Part shown: one piece after another, positions 30,729 to 40,485 of the stretch | Position numbering within the stretch: position 1 is the first letter of the stretch | Layout of the letters: each line of letters begins with the position of its first letter | From: Candidatus Micrarchaeota archaeon | GTDB lineage: Archaea > Micrarchaeota > Micrarchaeia > Micrarchaeales > CABMGC01 | Direction of reading: 5' to 3' | Length of the DNA stretch: 64,000 bases | NCBI GenBank assembly: GCA_021850625.1 | Contig: JAJZLJ010000023.1 | Coordinates: 10,219 to 74,218 of the forward strand | Program-made: the position numbers and the translations under genes | Notes under the pieces: model-generated | Told to the model about the DNA's origin: nothing | Database searches by the model: none | The model's input: the letters and a program-made list of their open reading frames with translations, nothing else

Positions 30729-33700
30729 ATGCTTACAGCTTTGATTATAGGTTTTCTTTCAATATTAGTGCCGGGATTTTTTCTTGCATTAGCTCTATTA
30801 CGCAAAACCAAACTTAAACTTTTTGAGATAATTGTAATAGGATTTATCTTTGGATTAATCTTTCCTCCAGCAATGGTCTGGGGAGAAGCATATCTTATAC
30901 CATACTCTCATGCATTTTCATTTTCTGCAGGGCTTTACAACATAAATGTAATATTTCTTACTATAATAGGAATTATTCTATGTATTTGGCAGGGAATAAT
31001 TAACAAAGATCTTTTTTCATTTATTTTTTCCTCAAAGAAAAAAACCGGAGAAAAAATAAATCTTATTAATACAGAACATACTGCTCGTCTTTCAGAGCTT
31101 AGAGATAAATTACGAAGTATGGATGTAGATCTTGCAATTGTAAGGTTGCACCAAAAAGAAGAAGAAGAGCTGGCAAAAAACCAAAGAGCAGAGGTGGCTA
31201 TGTTAAAGGAACGTGGTTCTGGCGCAGAGGAACTTCAGATTGTTCAGGAGTCGCACGTTGAGCAGGAAAAACGTTTATTCAAGGAGCACGAAAGAGAGGA
31301 ACAAGCACTTCTTTCTAATACCGATTCAAAAGCGGCTCCAATATTTTCACTTTCAACAAAGAACATATTAGTATGGACAATCCTTTTGCTTCTTATGCTC
31401 TCAACGTTTGCTACTAGAATAGCAAATATAGGCGTAGCACCAAAGTTCTTCGAGTTCGATCCTTACTTTGATATGGTAAGCACACAATACATTCTTACTT
31501 ATGGATATCAGCCGCTTTATGAGCATGCAGCATGGCCAACGCTTACTAACGGAACAGTTCATAGAATTCAGCCTATAGTTCCTTATCTAGAAGCGTACTG
31601 GTATCAGCTTGCAACAAGCAATACTCAAACTTTAAACAATACGCTTCTTAGCGACGTAAGCAGCTTTTATCCTCCTATAGTCGCAGCGTTATTGGTATTC
31701 GTAATCTTTCTTTTTATATATCAAGAATATGGTGAGATAGCCGGTCTTTTTGCTGCAGGCTTAACCGCATTCATGCCAACATTAATATCAACCTTCATAG
31801 CCGGTGAACAGCTGCTTGAACCTTGGGGCATCTTCACACTATTCTTTTTCTTCGCTACGTATCTTCTTGCGGTAAAATATCCAAAAGAGAAGCGCTATGC
31901 AATACTTGCTGGAATAGCATTTGCATCTACATTCTTAGGGGCTCATTACTACACTGTAGATGCAGGAATACTTGCATTTTATATAGCTGTACAGGGCATT
32001 ATAGATGTATTCAAACAAAAGATTAATCTAGACTTTTACAAGATGAATATTCTTGTAATAATAGTTATAACAATCTTTTATGTAATCTATGCTCCATACG
32101 GAGCCTCGCTTACTAACAGAATTCCTTCTATTATCGGAATACCTACAATAATAGCATTTCCTTTATTTGCATTGATAATTGTGGCTTTATTTGAATTCCT
32201 TCCAAAAATAGCCAAGAAACAGAAATTATTGAAAGAAGTAACTCTCTTTACCTATTTGGGCTGGTTTATTGTTCTATTAATAATAATATCTTTAGTAATA
32301 GTGCTAACTCCTTTAGGAAAACCAGTTATTGATTACATTCAACTGAGCCAGAAATTTACTACTCCATCCTCACCTCTTTTCATGACTGTTCAGGAGTATG
32401 CTCCAACAGGTATTGGATTTAATTTCGGCAGTAACGGTTTTGGACCTATAGGCGCAAGCGTTCTTGGTTTTCCAATAATAATCTGGTTGGTCATTATAGT
32501 TTTTATAATTCTTGAATTAGTATCTGCGTTCTTTACTGAGTCTAAATCAGCAATGTTTTCTATAGCAATAGTGCTTGTTCTTGCAATTGCAGGAATGAGC
32601 GAGGTAAAGTATCTACCTCATTTCGGCGTAGCGTTTATACTTGCAGTAAGTATACTAATTGGTACAATACTACTTTATCTAAATAAAAAAGATAAAAACG
32701 ACTCAGTTGCTATGTTCTTATATCTTATAGAAAGTTTATTCTTAATATTCGCATTTGCAGCTATTTTAGCCCAGTATAGTCTTATAATAGGAACAATACT
32801 AAGCATAATCTTTGGCGTAATAATCTCCTACGTAATACGAAAAATATACAAGACAAAGAGCGGCATCTATCTTTTATACATACTTTTAATTATAATTCTT
32901 ATAGCAGAGTCAGGTGCAATAATACAGGTTGTACAAGCACTTGGAAGCACCTGTACACAGATCTTTAATTCTAATAATGTAATGGGAGCAAATCTCTTTT
33001 GTAACAGTTTGCCGCAGGCATGGATCTCTGCTACGGCTTGGATGTCACAGAATGTAGGACCATATGGTCCTAGAATTCTTTCATGGTGGGACTATGGCGA
33101 TTGGATTAATTGGTTTGGAAACAGCAACGCTGTAATACGCGGAGATAACTCTGTTGCATCATTTGATTACAGAGTAGCAGCAAATTATGTATTAAGTCCT
33201 AACGACTCTTATGGTCCTTCAAAATTGGCTCAACTTATGCAGACAACACAAACTGGTTACGTGTTATTCGATGATCAACTTATACCTAAGTGGGGTGCAC
33301 TTGATTTCCTTGGATGTGTTTATGTAAACGAGACTAGCCAAGCATACGCAACTGCTCAAGGAAAATTATACGGTACAAACTTCGTAACAGGTACCTCACA
33401 ATGTGAGGTTGCTCATGATCCAATAGATGTCAATATTCCTGAAAATCCTTCAGTAAATGATTATTGTTCATTTAAGAACAGCTCTATACAGGCAGTACAG
33501 GTTCTTCTTACTGTTGGTGAAACGGTGCCACAAGGTATTAATGAATCATACTGTATTGCAACTACTGGTTCATCAAATGGTATTTTGCCTTTGTATACTC
33601 CAAATGGAACCAAAACAAATATAGTAATAGATCTGAATAACTCCGATGTAGTGAATGGTTATGTGAGTTATGGTTCTGCTGGAAAATTCCTAAGTGCTAT

Positions 33701-33965
33701 GGCCATATATCTTCCTAATGGTCCTAACGACACAGTCACAGATGCACCTTCATTATTCTATAATTCTAATTACTATCGTGCTTTCTTCCTTGGACATCTG
33801 CCTGGATATACTATGGTTTATCCGGTTGGTGGTTTTAGTGGCATAAACTTTATTAACTCTACAAATGATGTAATTATATACAAACTAAATAACTACACTG
33901 GAGGCTCTCCTGCACATATAACAAAGGCAAGCTACATAACAAACAACTTCTCAGTACCTGGCTAA
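30729..33965 (+). CDS. aglB: Oligosaccharyltransferase AglB (STT3) with N-terminal extension
   Basis: EFDPYF, TVQEY, SWWDYG; many TM helices. Confidence 0.92.
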   Translation: MLTALIIGFLSILVPGFFLALALLRKTKLKLFEIIVIGFIFGLIFPPAMVWGEAYLIPYSHAFSFSAGLYNINVIFLTIIGIILCIWQGIINKDLFSFIFSSKKKTGEKINLINTEHTARLSELRDKLRSMDVDLAIVRLHQKEEEELAKNQRAEVAMLKERGSGAEELQIVQESHVEQEKRLFKEHEREEQALLSNTDSKAAPIFSLSTKNILVWTILLLLMLSTFATRIANIGVAPKFFEFDPYFDMVSTQYILTYGYQPLYEHAAWPTLTNGTVHRIQPIVPYLEAYWYQLATSNTQTLNNTLLSDVSSFYPPIVAALLVFVIFLFIYQEYGEIAGLFAAGLTAFMPTLISTFIAGEQLLEPWGIFTLFFFFATYLLAVKYPKEKRYAILAGIAFASTFLGAHYYTVDAGILAFYIAVQGIIDVFKQKINLDFYKMNILVIIVITIFYVIYAPYGASLTNRIPSIIGIPTIIAFPLFALIIVALFEFLPKIAKKQKLLKEVTLFTYLGWFIVLLIIISLVIVLTPLGKPVIDYIQLSQKFTTPSSPLFMTVQEYAPTGIGFNFGSNGFGPIGASVLGFPIIIWLVIIVFIILELVSAFFTESKSAMFSIAIVLVLAIAGMSEVKYLPHFGVAFILAVSILIGTILLYLNKKDKNDSVAMFLYLIESLFLIFAFAAILAQYSLIIGTILSIIFGVIISYVIRKIYKTKSGIYLLYILLIIILIAESGAIIQVVQALGSTCTQIFNSNNVMGANLFCNSLPQAWISATAWMSQNVGPYGPRILSWWDYGDWINWFGNSNAVIRGDNSVASFDYRVAANYVLSPNDSYGPSKLAQLMQTTQTGYVLFDDQLIPKWGALDFLGCVYVNETSQAYATAQGKLYGTNFVTGTSQCEVAHDPIDVNIPENPSVNDYCSFKNSSIQAVQVLLTVGETVPQGINESYCIATTGSSNGILPLYTPNGTKTNIVIDLNNSDVVNGYVSYGSAGKFLSAMAIYLPNGPNDTVTDAPSLFYNSNYYRAFFLGHLPGYTMVYPVGGFSGINFINSTNDVIIYKLNNYTGGSPAHITKASYITNNFSVPG

Positions 33966-33980
33966 TAATTAAACGCGCGA

Positions 33981-34440
33981 GAAATTCAACATCATTTATT
34001 ATGGATGAATGAGAACGAATAAAAAACAACAAATAAGGTATATAAACATAAACTATAATATAGATAACATGAATCTCGCAAGAACATATAACTTAAGGTC
34101 CTCTTTAGAAACAAAAAATCCGTTAGAGATAAATCTACAACTTGCTCTATTAAAAGAATTCTATAATCTGCTTCTTGAAAAGTCAACAAAAACATACAAA
34201 GAAGGCAGACGCGGCATGCGGTTGTACATATATGTAAACACATCAATAAATATACTCTACAAAGCAACTACAATAAAACATATGGGAAGGCACGCCTATG
34301 TGGACATGACCTATGTATTTCAACAGGAATTGAAACGTCGCATTGAAGAACTGAGAATCTATAAAATACATTCTTTTCAGGATGCAGTGATGGCATGAAT
34401 GCAGTGGAATCCCACAGACTTTATTCGTGGGAATATCTCA
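33981..34440 (+). mobile_element. Internally deleted TnpB-type IS200/IS605-family element (non-autonomous relic)
   Basis: Left-end-like GAAATTCAACATCATTTAT..ATGAGAACG; tnpB relic ORF; right-end hairpin GGAATCCCACAGA-CTTTA-TTCGTGGGAATATCTCA. Confidence 0.7.
34069..34398 (+). pseudogene. tnpB: tnpB remnant (N-terminus fused to C-terminal tail)
   Basis: ARTYNLR..EFYNLLLEK..YKEG resembles TnpB N-terminus; YVNTSINIL resembles a decayed DRDxNAxxNI RuvC-III motif. Confidence 0.6.
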
Positions 34441-34461
34441 GAAATAATAATCGACGATAAC

Positions 34462-35604
34462 ATGAAGCTCATAATACTTCAACCATATCTTAATATAAAA
34501 GGGGGAGCTGAGCGTGTAATTCTTGAGATAGCACGCCATTACAATGCAAAAATACTTACTATGGAGTACAATAAAAATACAACATATTCTGAGTTTTCCG
34601 AGTGCGATATACAATTAATAGGCAAAAAAGTTCCTTTATCTGAACTGCTTCCTTACAGGGCTTCACAAGGTCTTAGATATGGATATAACTTCTATAACTT
34701 TAAGATAAAAGAAGAATACGATGTACTTAATTCGCACATCTCGCCAAGCGAGTGGATACGTCATAAAAATACTAATGTATTATGGTACTGTCATACCCCG
34801 CCGCGGGAGGTGTATGATCTATACTCTACAAGAATGAAAAATAGGACTCAAAAAGAAAAGATCCTTTATTCAAGCATGGCACATATTTATCGCCTGATAG
34901 CAAAAAGAACAGTAAAGAAAATAGAGAATATAGCAACCAACAGTAAAAATACCAGTACAAGAATAGAAAAGTATTTTTCAAGAAGTTCAACAATAATCCC
35001 TCCTGGAATCGAATATTCTAATTATGAGAATAAAAGTGATGAACATTTCTTTTTTTATCCATCTCGTTTTATAATAAATAAGCAACAAGATTACGTGATA
35101 AGAGCATTCAAAGTTTTTTGTTCGAAACGCAAAGACAATAAATACTCACTAATTTTAGCAGGTACATTATCTAATGATCCAGAGCATCTTAAATATATGG
35201 AATATCTAAAGACATTATCTAGTGGACTAAGAGTAAAAATATTGACAAATGTAGATGAAGAACGACTACGCAATTTATACAGTACCGCAAGCGCAGTACT
35301 TTTTGCAGCTAAAAATGAGGATTATGGATTAGTTCCTCTTGAGGCAATGGCAAGCTCTAAGCCAATAATAGCATTAAATGATGGAGGACCAACAGAAACA
35401 GTTATAGATGGAAAGACAGGATATCTTATTAATTCAGAACTCGAGATGGCTGAAAAGATGTTTATTCTTTCAAAAAATCCAACATTATCAGAAGCTTTAG
35501 GTAAAGCAGGCAGAAAACATATAATTAAAAATTACTCCTGGAAAAGTTTTTTCAAGAAATTGGATATACTCTTAGAAAAGACAAAAAATAGCAACACTGC
35601 TTAA
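34462..35604 (+). CDS. GT4 glycosyltransferase (Alg2/RfaB-like)
   Basis: GGAERV, WYCHTP, EDYGLVPLEAMA; the ORF-track N-terminal extension is IS end sequence. Confidence 0.92.
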   Translation: MKLIILQPYLNIKGGAERVILEIARHYNAKILTMEYNKNTTYSEFSECDIQLIGKKVPLSELLPYRASQGLRYGYNFYNFKIKEEYDVLNSHISPSEWIRHKNTNVLWYCHTPPREVYDLYSTRMKNRTQKEKILYSSMAHIYRLIAKRTVKKIENIATNSKNTSTRIEKYFSRSSTIIPPGIEYSNYENKSDEHFFFYPSRFIINKQQDYVIRAFKVFCSKRKDNKYSLILAGTLSNDPEHLKYMEYLKTLSSGLRVKILTNVDEERLRNLYSTASAVLFAAKNEDYGLVPLEAMASSKPIIALNDGGPTETVIDGKTGYLINSELEMAEKMFILSKNPTLSEALGKAGRKHIIKNYSWKSFFKKLDILLEKTKNSNTA

Positions 35605-35927
35605 TCTTTAATTTCAAGAACGTACTTTGATATTACCTTTGCAGCCATTTCAAGAACCTCTTTTATGTTCTTGGTGTTGTTTGAACCTGTGCATATTAAC
35701 TTTCCATTTTTGAACAATATTATTACTGCCTTAGGTTCTTTTATTCTATATATTGCTCCTGGAAACTGTTCTGGTTCATAAGATACCTCTCTTACGTTCT
35801 TAGTAAGGGAAAATAAATCTATATTTGCATGAAGATCCGCACTTACTACTATATTCTGTATTTTTATCTGTGGATTAAGCTTAGGTATCTTTACTACGGC
35901 ATTCTTTACATTTTTAGGTTTTGGCAT
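35601..35927 (-). CDS. Single-repeat (half) TATA-box-binding protein
   Basis: IQNIVVSADL..YEPEQFPGAIYRIKEPKAVIILFKNGKLICTG is one TBP repeat; only 108 aa. Confidence 0.9.
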   Translation of the reverse strand: MPKPKNVKNAVVKIPKLNPQIKIQNIVVSADLHANIDLFSLTKNVREVSYEPEQFPGAIYRIKEPKAVIILFKNGKLICTGSNNTKNIKEVLEMAAKVISKYVLEIKD

Positions 35928-35973
35928 ATAACTCACAATATTATTGTAAGCAAACCTTTTTAAATATCTCTAC

Positions 35974-37023
35974 TTAAAAATGGTTGTCCTGCTTACTGTT
36001 GTTTCTCTGAACAATCTTATATCCAGCAAAGCCAAATCCTGCCACTGTAACTAAAAATGCACCTACAAGACCATTTGTATTCGATGTTAAACTAGCATTT
36101 TTTATATTATTTACTGAATTTTTTTCAGTATTTATCCCGACTGGCGCATTATCTTTTCGTCTGAGTATTTTAATTGGTGTAGCTACTGCATTTTGATTAT
36201 ATTGTTCTTTCATAACTGCAGCATTTTTCTCGCTTTCTTGTTTTTGTATAGCTGCTATCTTCATTTCATTTTGTCTTTGCTCTTTCTGCAAAGCTAAAAT
36301 GCGCTCTTCAGGCCATGATATGACTTGTTTTGGTGCTGGATATACTGTAGTTTTTGGTATTTGTGTGCTTTGTTGAGAATAATTACCTCCAGTAGCAATA
36401 GCATAATCTTGTTTAAATGCGTTTGAGGTACCGGTATAAGGAACAACAGTATTTCTACTTACTGGTGTACGATATATCCTCTGTTGATTATTGTTATATT
36501 GCGGTGTGTACACAGGGGCATAGTTATATCCTCTTGATTGTGGAGTATATACTGGCGCATAATTATATCCGCTATTTTGCGGTGTGTACACAGGGGCATA
36601 GTTATATCCGCTGTACGGAGAGGTGTATACTGGCGCATAATTATATCCACCATATTGCGGTGTGTATACAGGCGCATAGTTATATCCGCTGTACGGAGAG
36701 GTGTATACTGGCGCATAATTATATCCGGTTTGCGGTGCGTATACGGGAGCATAGTTATATCCATAATATGGATTATAAAAACCACCAACGTGTCGTGCAA
36801 TCTCATAATTTATGCCATTTTCAGCACCTAACGTTGCACCTTGGATTATACCTGCGACTATTGGGTTTATGCGTGCTTGAGCAGGTTTTTCAGAAGGTCT
36901 AGCAATTCCTATGAGAGACGCTGCAACAACAGCAGCAGTTACGACGGTCTTATGTTTTTTTATAAAAGTTAAAGTTGAAGTGTTGTTTTGTTCACTTTCC
37001 TTTTTATATTGTATTTTTTCCAT
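35974..37023 (-). CDS. Membrane-anchored Tyr/Pro-rich repeat protein
   Basis: N-terminal hydrophobic segment, 7x GYNYAPVY, short coiled coil, C-terminal TM. Confidence 0.75.
   Translation of the reverse strand: MEKIQYKKESEQNNTSTLTFIKKHKTVVTAAVVAASLIGIARPSEKPAQARINPIVAGIIQGATLGAENGINYEIARHVGGFYNPYYGYNYAPVYAPQTGYNYAPVYTSPYSGYNYAPVYTPQYGGYNYAPVYTSPYSGYNYAPVYTPQNSGYNYAPVYTPQSRGYNYAPVYTPQYNNNQQRIYRTPVSRNTVVPYTGTSNAFKQDYAIATGGNYSQQSTQIPKTTVYPAPKQVISWPEERILALQKEQRQNEMKIAAIQKQESEKNAAVMKEQYNQNAVATPIKILRRKDNAPVGINTEKNSVNNIKNASLTSNTNGLVGAFLVTVAGFGFAGYKIVQRNNSKQDNHF
36496..36762 (-). repeat. About 39-bp coding tandem repeat, 7 copies (GYNYAPVY-x4-5)
   Basis: GCATA(G/A)TTATATCC recurs on the + strand. 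Confidence 0.92.
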
Positions 37024-37085
37024 CCCATTACCAAATAATATATGTATTTTATGATATAAATATATTTGCTTAAATCGATATTGTA

Positions 37086-37131
37086 ATGAACGCAAAGGAA
37101 ACTCGTATGGTTTACGGGCCGAAGGATGTCA
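37086..37131 (+). mobile_element. Orphan degenerate IS200/IS605-type right end
   Basis: 27/46 ungapped identity to 34395-34440 by manual count; ends GAAGGATGTCA. Confidence 0.5.
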
Positions 37132-37254
37132 TATCAATAGTACTTATATCTGCTCTCTTTTAAAGAAACTTTTAAATAGTTTTACAGTGTATACTTATTC
37201 ATAAAATGCTCTTCAAGGAGAGTCTATTTATCATATTAAAAATAGGTGAATGAA

Positions 37255-38901
37255 ATGGCGGAAAATCAATTAGGTGGACAACAGTATTTAATATTGCCGG
37301 AAGGAACCAGCAGGCTTATAGGAAAAGAAGCTCAAAGAACCAACATTGCAGTAGGATATGCGGTAGCTAGTATAGTACGTACTACGCTAGGTCCAAAAGG
37401 AATGGACAAGATGCTAGTAAGCGAGCTTGGTGATATCTCAATAACTAACGACGGAGCTACTATTTTAGAAGAGATGAATGTAGAACATCCAGTTGCAAAG
37501 ATAATGGTTGAGATAGCAAAAACACAGGACAAAGAAGTAGGCGATGGAACTACAACAGCTGTGATAGTTGCAGGAGATTTGCTTAAACATGCAGGAAATC
37601 TGCTTGATCAGGGTATTCCTCCAGCATCGATAATAAAGGGATATGAAATGGCTAGAGATAAGGCCATAGAACTTCTAAACTCAATGTCCGGCTCAATTAG
37701 CATAAGTGATGAAGATAAGCTTGATAGGATAGCTATGATATCAATGGGCTCTAAGAACATAGGTAGCGATAATACTAAGAAGCATCTCGCAAAGCTTGCT
37801 CTGCAAGGACTTAAGCAGGTAGCCATAAAGGAAGGAAATAAAATCTCCATAGACCGTGACTTCATAAAACTAGAGAAGAAAGAAGGCGGAAGTATAGAGG
37901 ACACAAGCTTTATAAATGGCGTTTTGATAGACAAGGAGATAACACATCCTGGAATGCCAAAGCTAATGAAAAACGCAAGCATAGCGCTTCTTGATGTAGC
38001 TCTTGAGATAGAGAAGACAGAGACCGATGCAAGAATAGAGATAACCTCGCCAGAGCAGATGCAGGCCTTTTTAACTCAGGAAGAAAAAATGCTTAAAGAC
38101 ATGGTAGACAAGATAGCAAAAAGCAAAGCAACCGTCGTATTCGTGCAAAAAGGAATAGACGATGTTGCACAGCATTATCTTGCAAAAGCAGGAATAATGG
38201 CAATAAGGAGAGTCAAGAAGAGCGATATGGAAAAGCTTGGAAAGGCAACAGGAGCAAGACTCATAACAAGTCTGGATGATCTATCTGATAAGGATCTAGG
38301 ATTCGCAGGTATGGTAGAGGAACGCAAGATTTCTGGAGAGCAGATGCTTTTCGTAGAGAAGTGCAAGGATCCAAAGAGTGTAACAATATTCATACGTGGC
38401 GGAACAAAGCAGGCTATAGATGAAGTAGAGCGTGCAATGACAGACGTCATAGGGGCACTTTCAAGCGCAGTAGAATCAGGAAGATATGTAACCGGTGGAG
38501 GTAGTATAGAGATGGAGGTATCCATAAAACTGCGAGACTTTGCAACTGATGTAGGCGGCAGAGAACAGCTTGCAATACAAGCCTTTGCCGATTCATTAGA
38601 AATAATTCCAAAAACGCTTGCCGATAGTTCAGGTATGGACCCTATAGATACACTTGTAAGTTTGCGCACTAAGCATAAAAATAAGGATGGCAAAAACTTT
38701 GGAATAGATGTATATAAAAATACAATAGGGGACATGGAAAAGCTTGGAGTTATAGAGCCTCTTAAAGTAAAGATACAGGCAATCTCGAGTTCCACAGAAG
38801 CATCATCCTCTATTCTAAGAATAGATGATATGATAAGCGCAAAGGGCAGATCTCCTGCTGGCGGCGGAATGCCTCCAGGCATGGGTGGAATGGAGGATTA
38901 A
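37255..38901 (+). CDS. ths: Thermosome (group II chaperonin) subunit
   Basis: [20 protein letters not shown]-rich tail. Confidence 0.97.
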   Translation: MAENQLGGQQYLILPEGTSRLIGKEAQRTNIAVGYAVASIVRTTLGPKGMDKMLVSELGDISITNDGATILEEMNVEHPVAKIMVEIAKTQDKEVGDGTTTAVIVAGDLLKHAGNLLDQGIPPASIIKGYEMARDKAIELLNSMSGSISISDEDKLDRIAMISMGSKNIGSDNTKKHLAKLALQGLKQVAIKEGNKISIDRDFIKLEKKEGGSIEDTSFINGVLIDKEITHPGMPKLMKNASIALLDVALEIEKTETDARIEITSPEQMQAFLTQEEKMLKDMVDKIAKSKATVVFVQKGIDDVAQHYLAKAGIMAIRRVKKSDMEKLGKATGARLITSLDDLSDKDLGFAGMVEERKISGEQMLFVEKCKDPKSVTIFIRGGTKQAIDEVERAMTDVIGALSSAVESGRYVTGGGSIEMEVSIKLRDFATDVGGREQLAIQAFADSLEIIPKTLADSSGMDPIDTLVSLRTKHKNKDGKNFGIDVYKNTIGDMEKLGVIEPLKVKIQAISSSTEASSSILRIDDMISAKGRSPAGGGMPPGMGGMED

Positions 38902-38934
38902 CCTTATTTCAATAACTATAACATATAGCCAAAT

Positions 38935-38965
38935 GGATGTCTTGCAGGCATCCCTTTTTATTTTT
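38935..38965 (+). terminator. Hairpin + T-tract after thermosome
   Basis: GGATGTCT-TGC-AGGCATCC followed by CTTTTTATTTTT. Confidence 0.6.
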
Positions 38966-38994
38966 ATATTTTATATCTTATTTGATGTGTATTT

Positions 38995-39555
38995 ATGCCA
39001 AAACTTATAATTACTGGAACTCCTGGTTCAGGTAAATCCACAATAATCTCAAAACTTAGCGGTAATTTCAAGATAATTAATATAGGCACCGAGATGATGA
39101 AGTACATAACCAACAAATCAATATTAAGAGATGAAATACGCAGTAAGTTGGAGTACAATGAGATCGCTTTGGCTCGAGAAAAGGTCTTTGATGAAATAAA
39201 CAAAACCAAAGGTCCTGTAATAATAGATACACATACCTCAATAAAAAGCGGGAAAAAATTTATACCTGGATTTTCTTCAACAGATCTTCTGTCTCTAAAA
39301 AATACAAAAGCTATAATCTACATAGATGCATTTGCTGTAGACATCCTTTTACGTAGGATAGGCGATCGTACAAGATCAAGAGAGGACGAAACAGCAGAAG
39401 AGATAGAAGAGCATAGAACAGTAAACATAAGTCTCGCAACATATTACTCTGTGCAGCTTGGCGTACCTTTATATATCATAAAAAACAAACAAGATAGACT
39501 AGATGAATGCAGAAGAGATGTTGAAAAAGCAATATCCGATGCACTTTCGAAATAA
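38995..39555 (+). CDS. adkA: Archaeal adenylate kinase
   Basis: GTPGSGKST, IDTH, RRIGDRTRSR; operon context. Confidence 0.92.
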   Translation: MPKLIITGTPGSGKSTIISKLSGNFKIINIGTEMMKYITNKSILRDEIRSKLEYNEIALAREKVFDEINKTKGPVIIDTHTSIKSGKKFIPGFSSTDLLSLKNTKAIIYIDAFAVDILLRRIGDRTRSREDETAEEIEEHRTVNISLATYYSVQLGVPLYIIKNKQDRLDECRRDVEKAISDALSK

Positions 39556-39565
39556 ATGTGGTAAT

Positions 39566-40069
39566 TTGATGTTAAATATTTTTATAATAGAACTAATCTC
39601 TGCTGGAATAGTTTATGCCATTTTTTCTGTAATTGTACAACGAAAACTTTCTAATATAGATAAAATGTATGAATTAAGGGCCCGCATGAGTCAACATACA
39701 AAAGAATTAATGGAGATGACAAAAACCAACGCTCCGAAAGAAAAAATCTCCGCAAAGCAAAAAGATCTAACAAATACTAGTATGGAAAGCATGAAAAACC
39801 AGATGAAGCCAATGCTTATAGTACTTCCAATATTTGCAGTAGTATACTATTTACTCATACCTACTGTTTTTTCAAACTCTGGAATCTTGATATCAATTTT
39901 AGGTTTCACTCTTAATTATCAGCTTCTCTTTATAGTAGTTACATTTCTCTCTGGAATAGTGCTTTCAATAACCTTTTCAATGCGTGATAGAAAAAGATTA
40001 AAGGATAAATACAACTTTGGTCTTATGCAACCTTCATTTAAAAATCCAGAACAGCAGATGCCGCAGTAA
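39566..40069 (+). CDS. EMC3/TMCO1 (DUF106) Oxa1-superfamily membrane protein
   Basis: TM-coiled coil-QMKPML-TM; conserved position between adk and L34e. Confidence 0.85.
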   Translation: MMLNIFIIELISAGIVYAIFSVIVQRKLSNIDKMYELRARMSQHTKELMEMTKTNAPKEKISAKQKDLTNTSMESMKNQMKPMLIVLPIFAVVYYLLIPTVFSNSGILISILGFTLNYQLLFIVVTFLSGIVLSITFSMRDRKRLKDKYNFGLMQPSFKNPEQQMPQ

Positions 40070-40159
40070 AAAAGTCTAAATAACTTTATCGCTATAAATT
40101 ATAGGATTATATAGTAATTTATTAAGTTTATTATGTTTAATATCAAATAAGGTGTTCAA

Positions 40160-40483
40160 GTGCCGAAACCAATGCAAAGATCAAGAAGTCTAAGAAGAAT
40201 ACACAGAGTTACAAAGTCAGGAAGAAAAGTAATACATTATGAAAGGAGAAAAAATAACTTTCCTCACTGTGCTATATGTAAAATTGAGCTAAACGGAATC
40301 TCGCTTAAAAAAACAGGCGGAAAGACTAGACGTTCAAATTCCCGTCTTTTCGGCGGTGTATTATGCTCTGGATGTGCAAGCGAGGTTATTAAGGTAGCAA
40401 GCAGAATAGAACAAGGAGACATGAAGCTTAACGACATAAGTATAAGGCAAAAAGCCTACGTTTTGCAAATGATCTCACACTAA
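40160..40483 (+). CDS. rpl34e: 50S ribosomal protein L34e
   Basis: CAIC..RLFGGVLCSGC. Confidence 0.95.
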   Translation: MPKPMQRSRSLRRIHRVTKSGRKVIHYERRKNNFPHCAICKIELNGISLKKTGGKTRRSNSRLFGGVLCSGCASEVIKVASRIEQGDMKLNDISIRQKAYVLQMISH

Positions 40484-40485
40484 CG

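Noticed and set aside
34399..34461. N-terminal extension MQWNPTDF.. of the GT4 ORF
   Set aside because: It is translated IS right-end sequence; the GT4 fold begins at ATG 34462
36417..36902. Regular repeats with variable spacers resembling a CRISPR array; overlapping ORFs
   Set aside because: Period is about 39 nt and in frame, spacers are too short and similar to each other, and there are no cas genes; this is a coding repeat
38175..38882. Long antisense ORFs (here, 22566-23183, 47352-47936 and others)
   Set aside because: Antisense shadows of highly conserved genes
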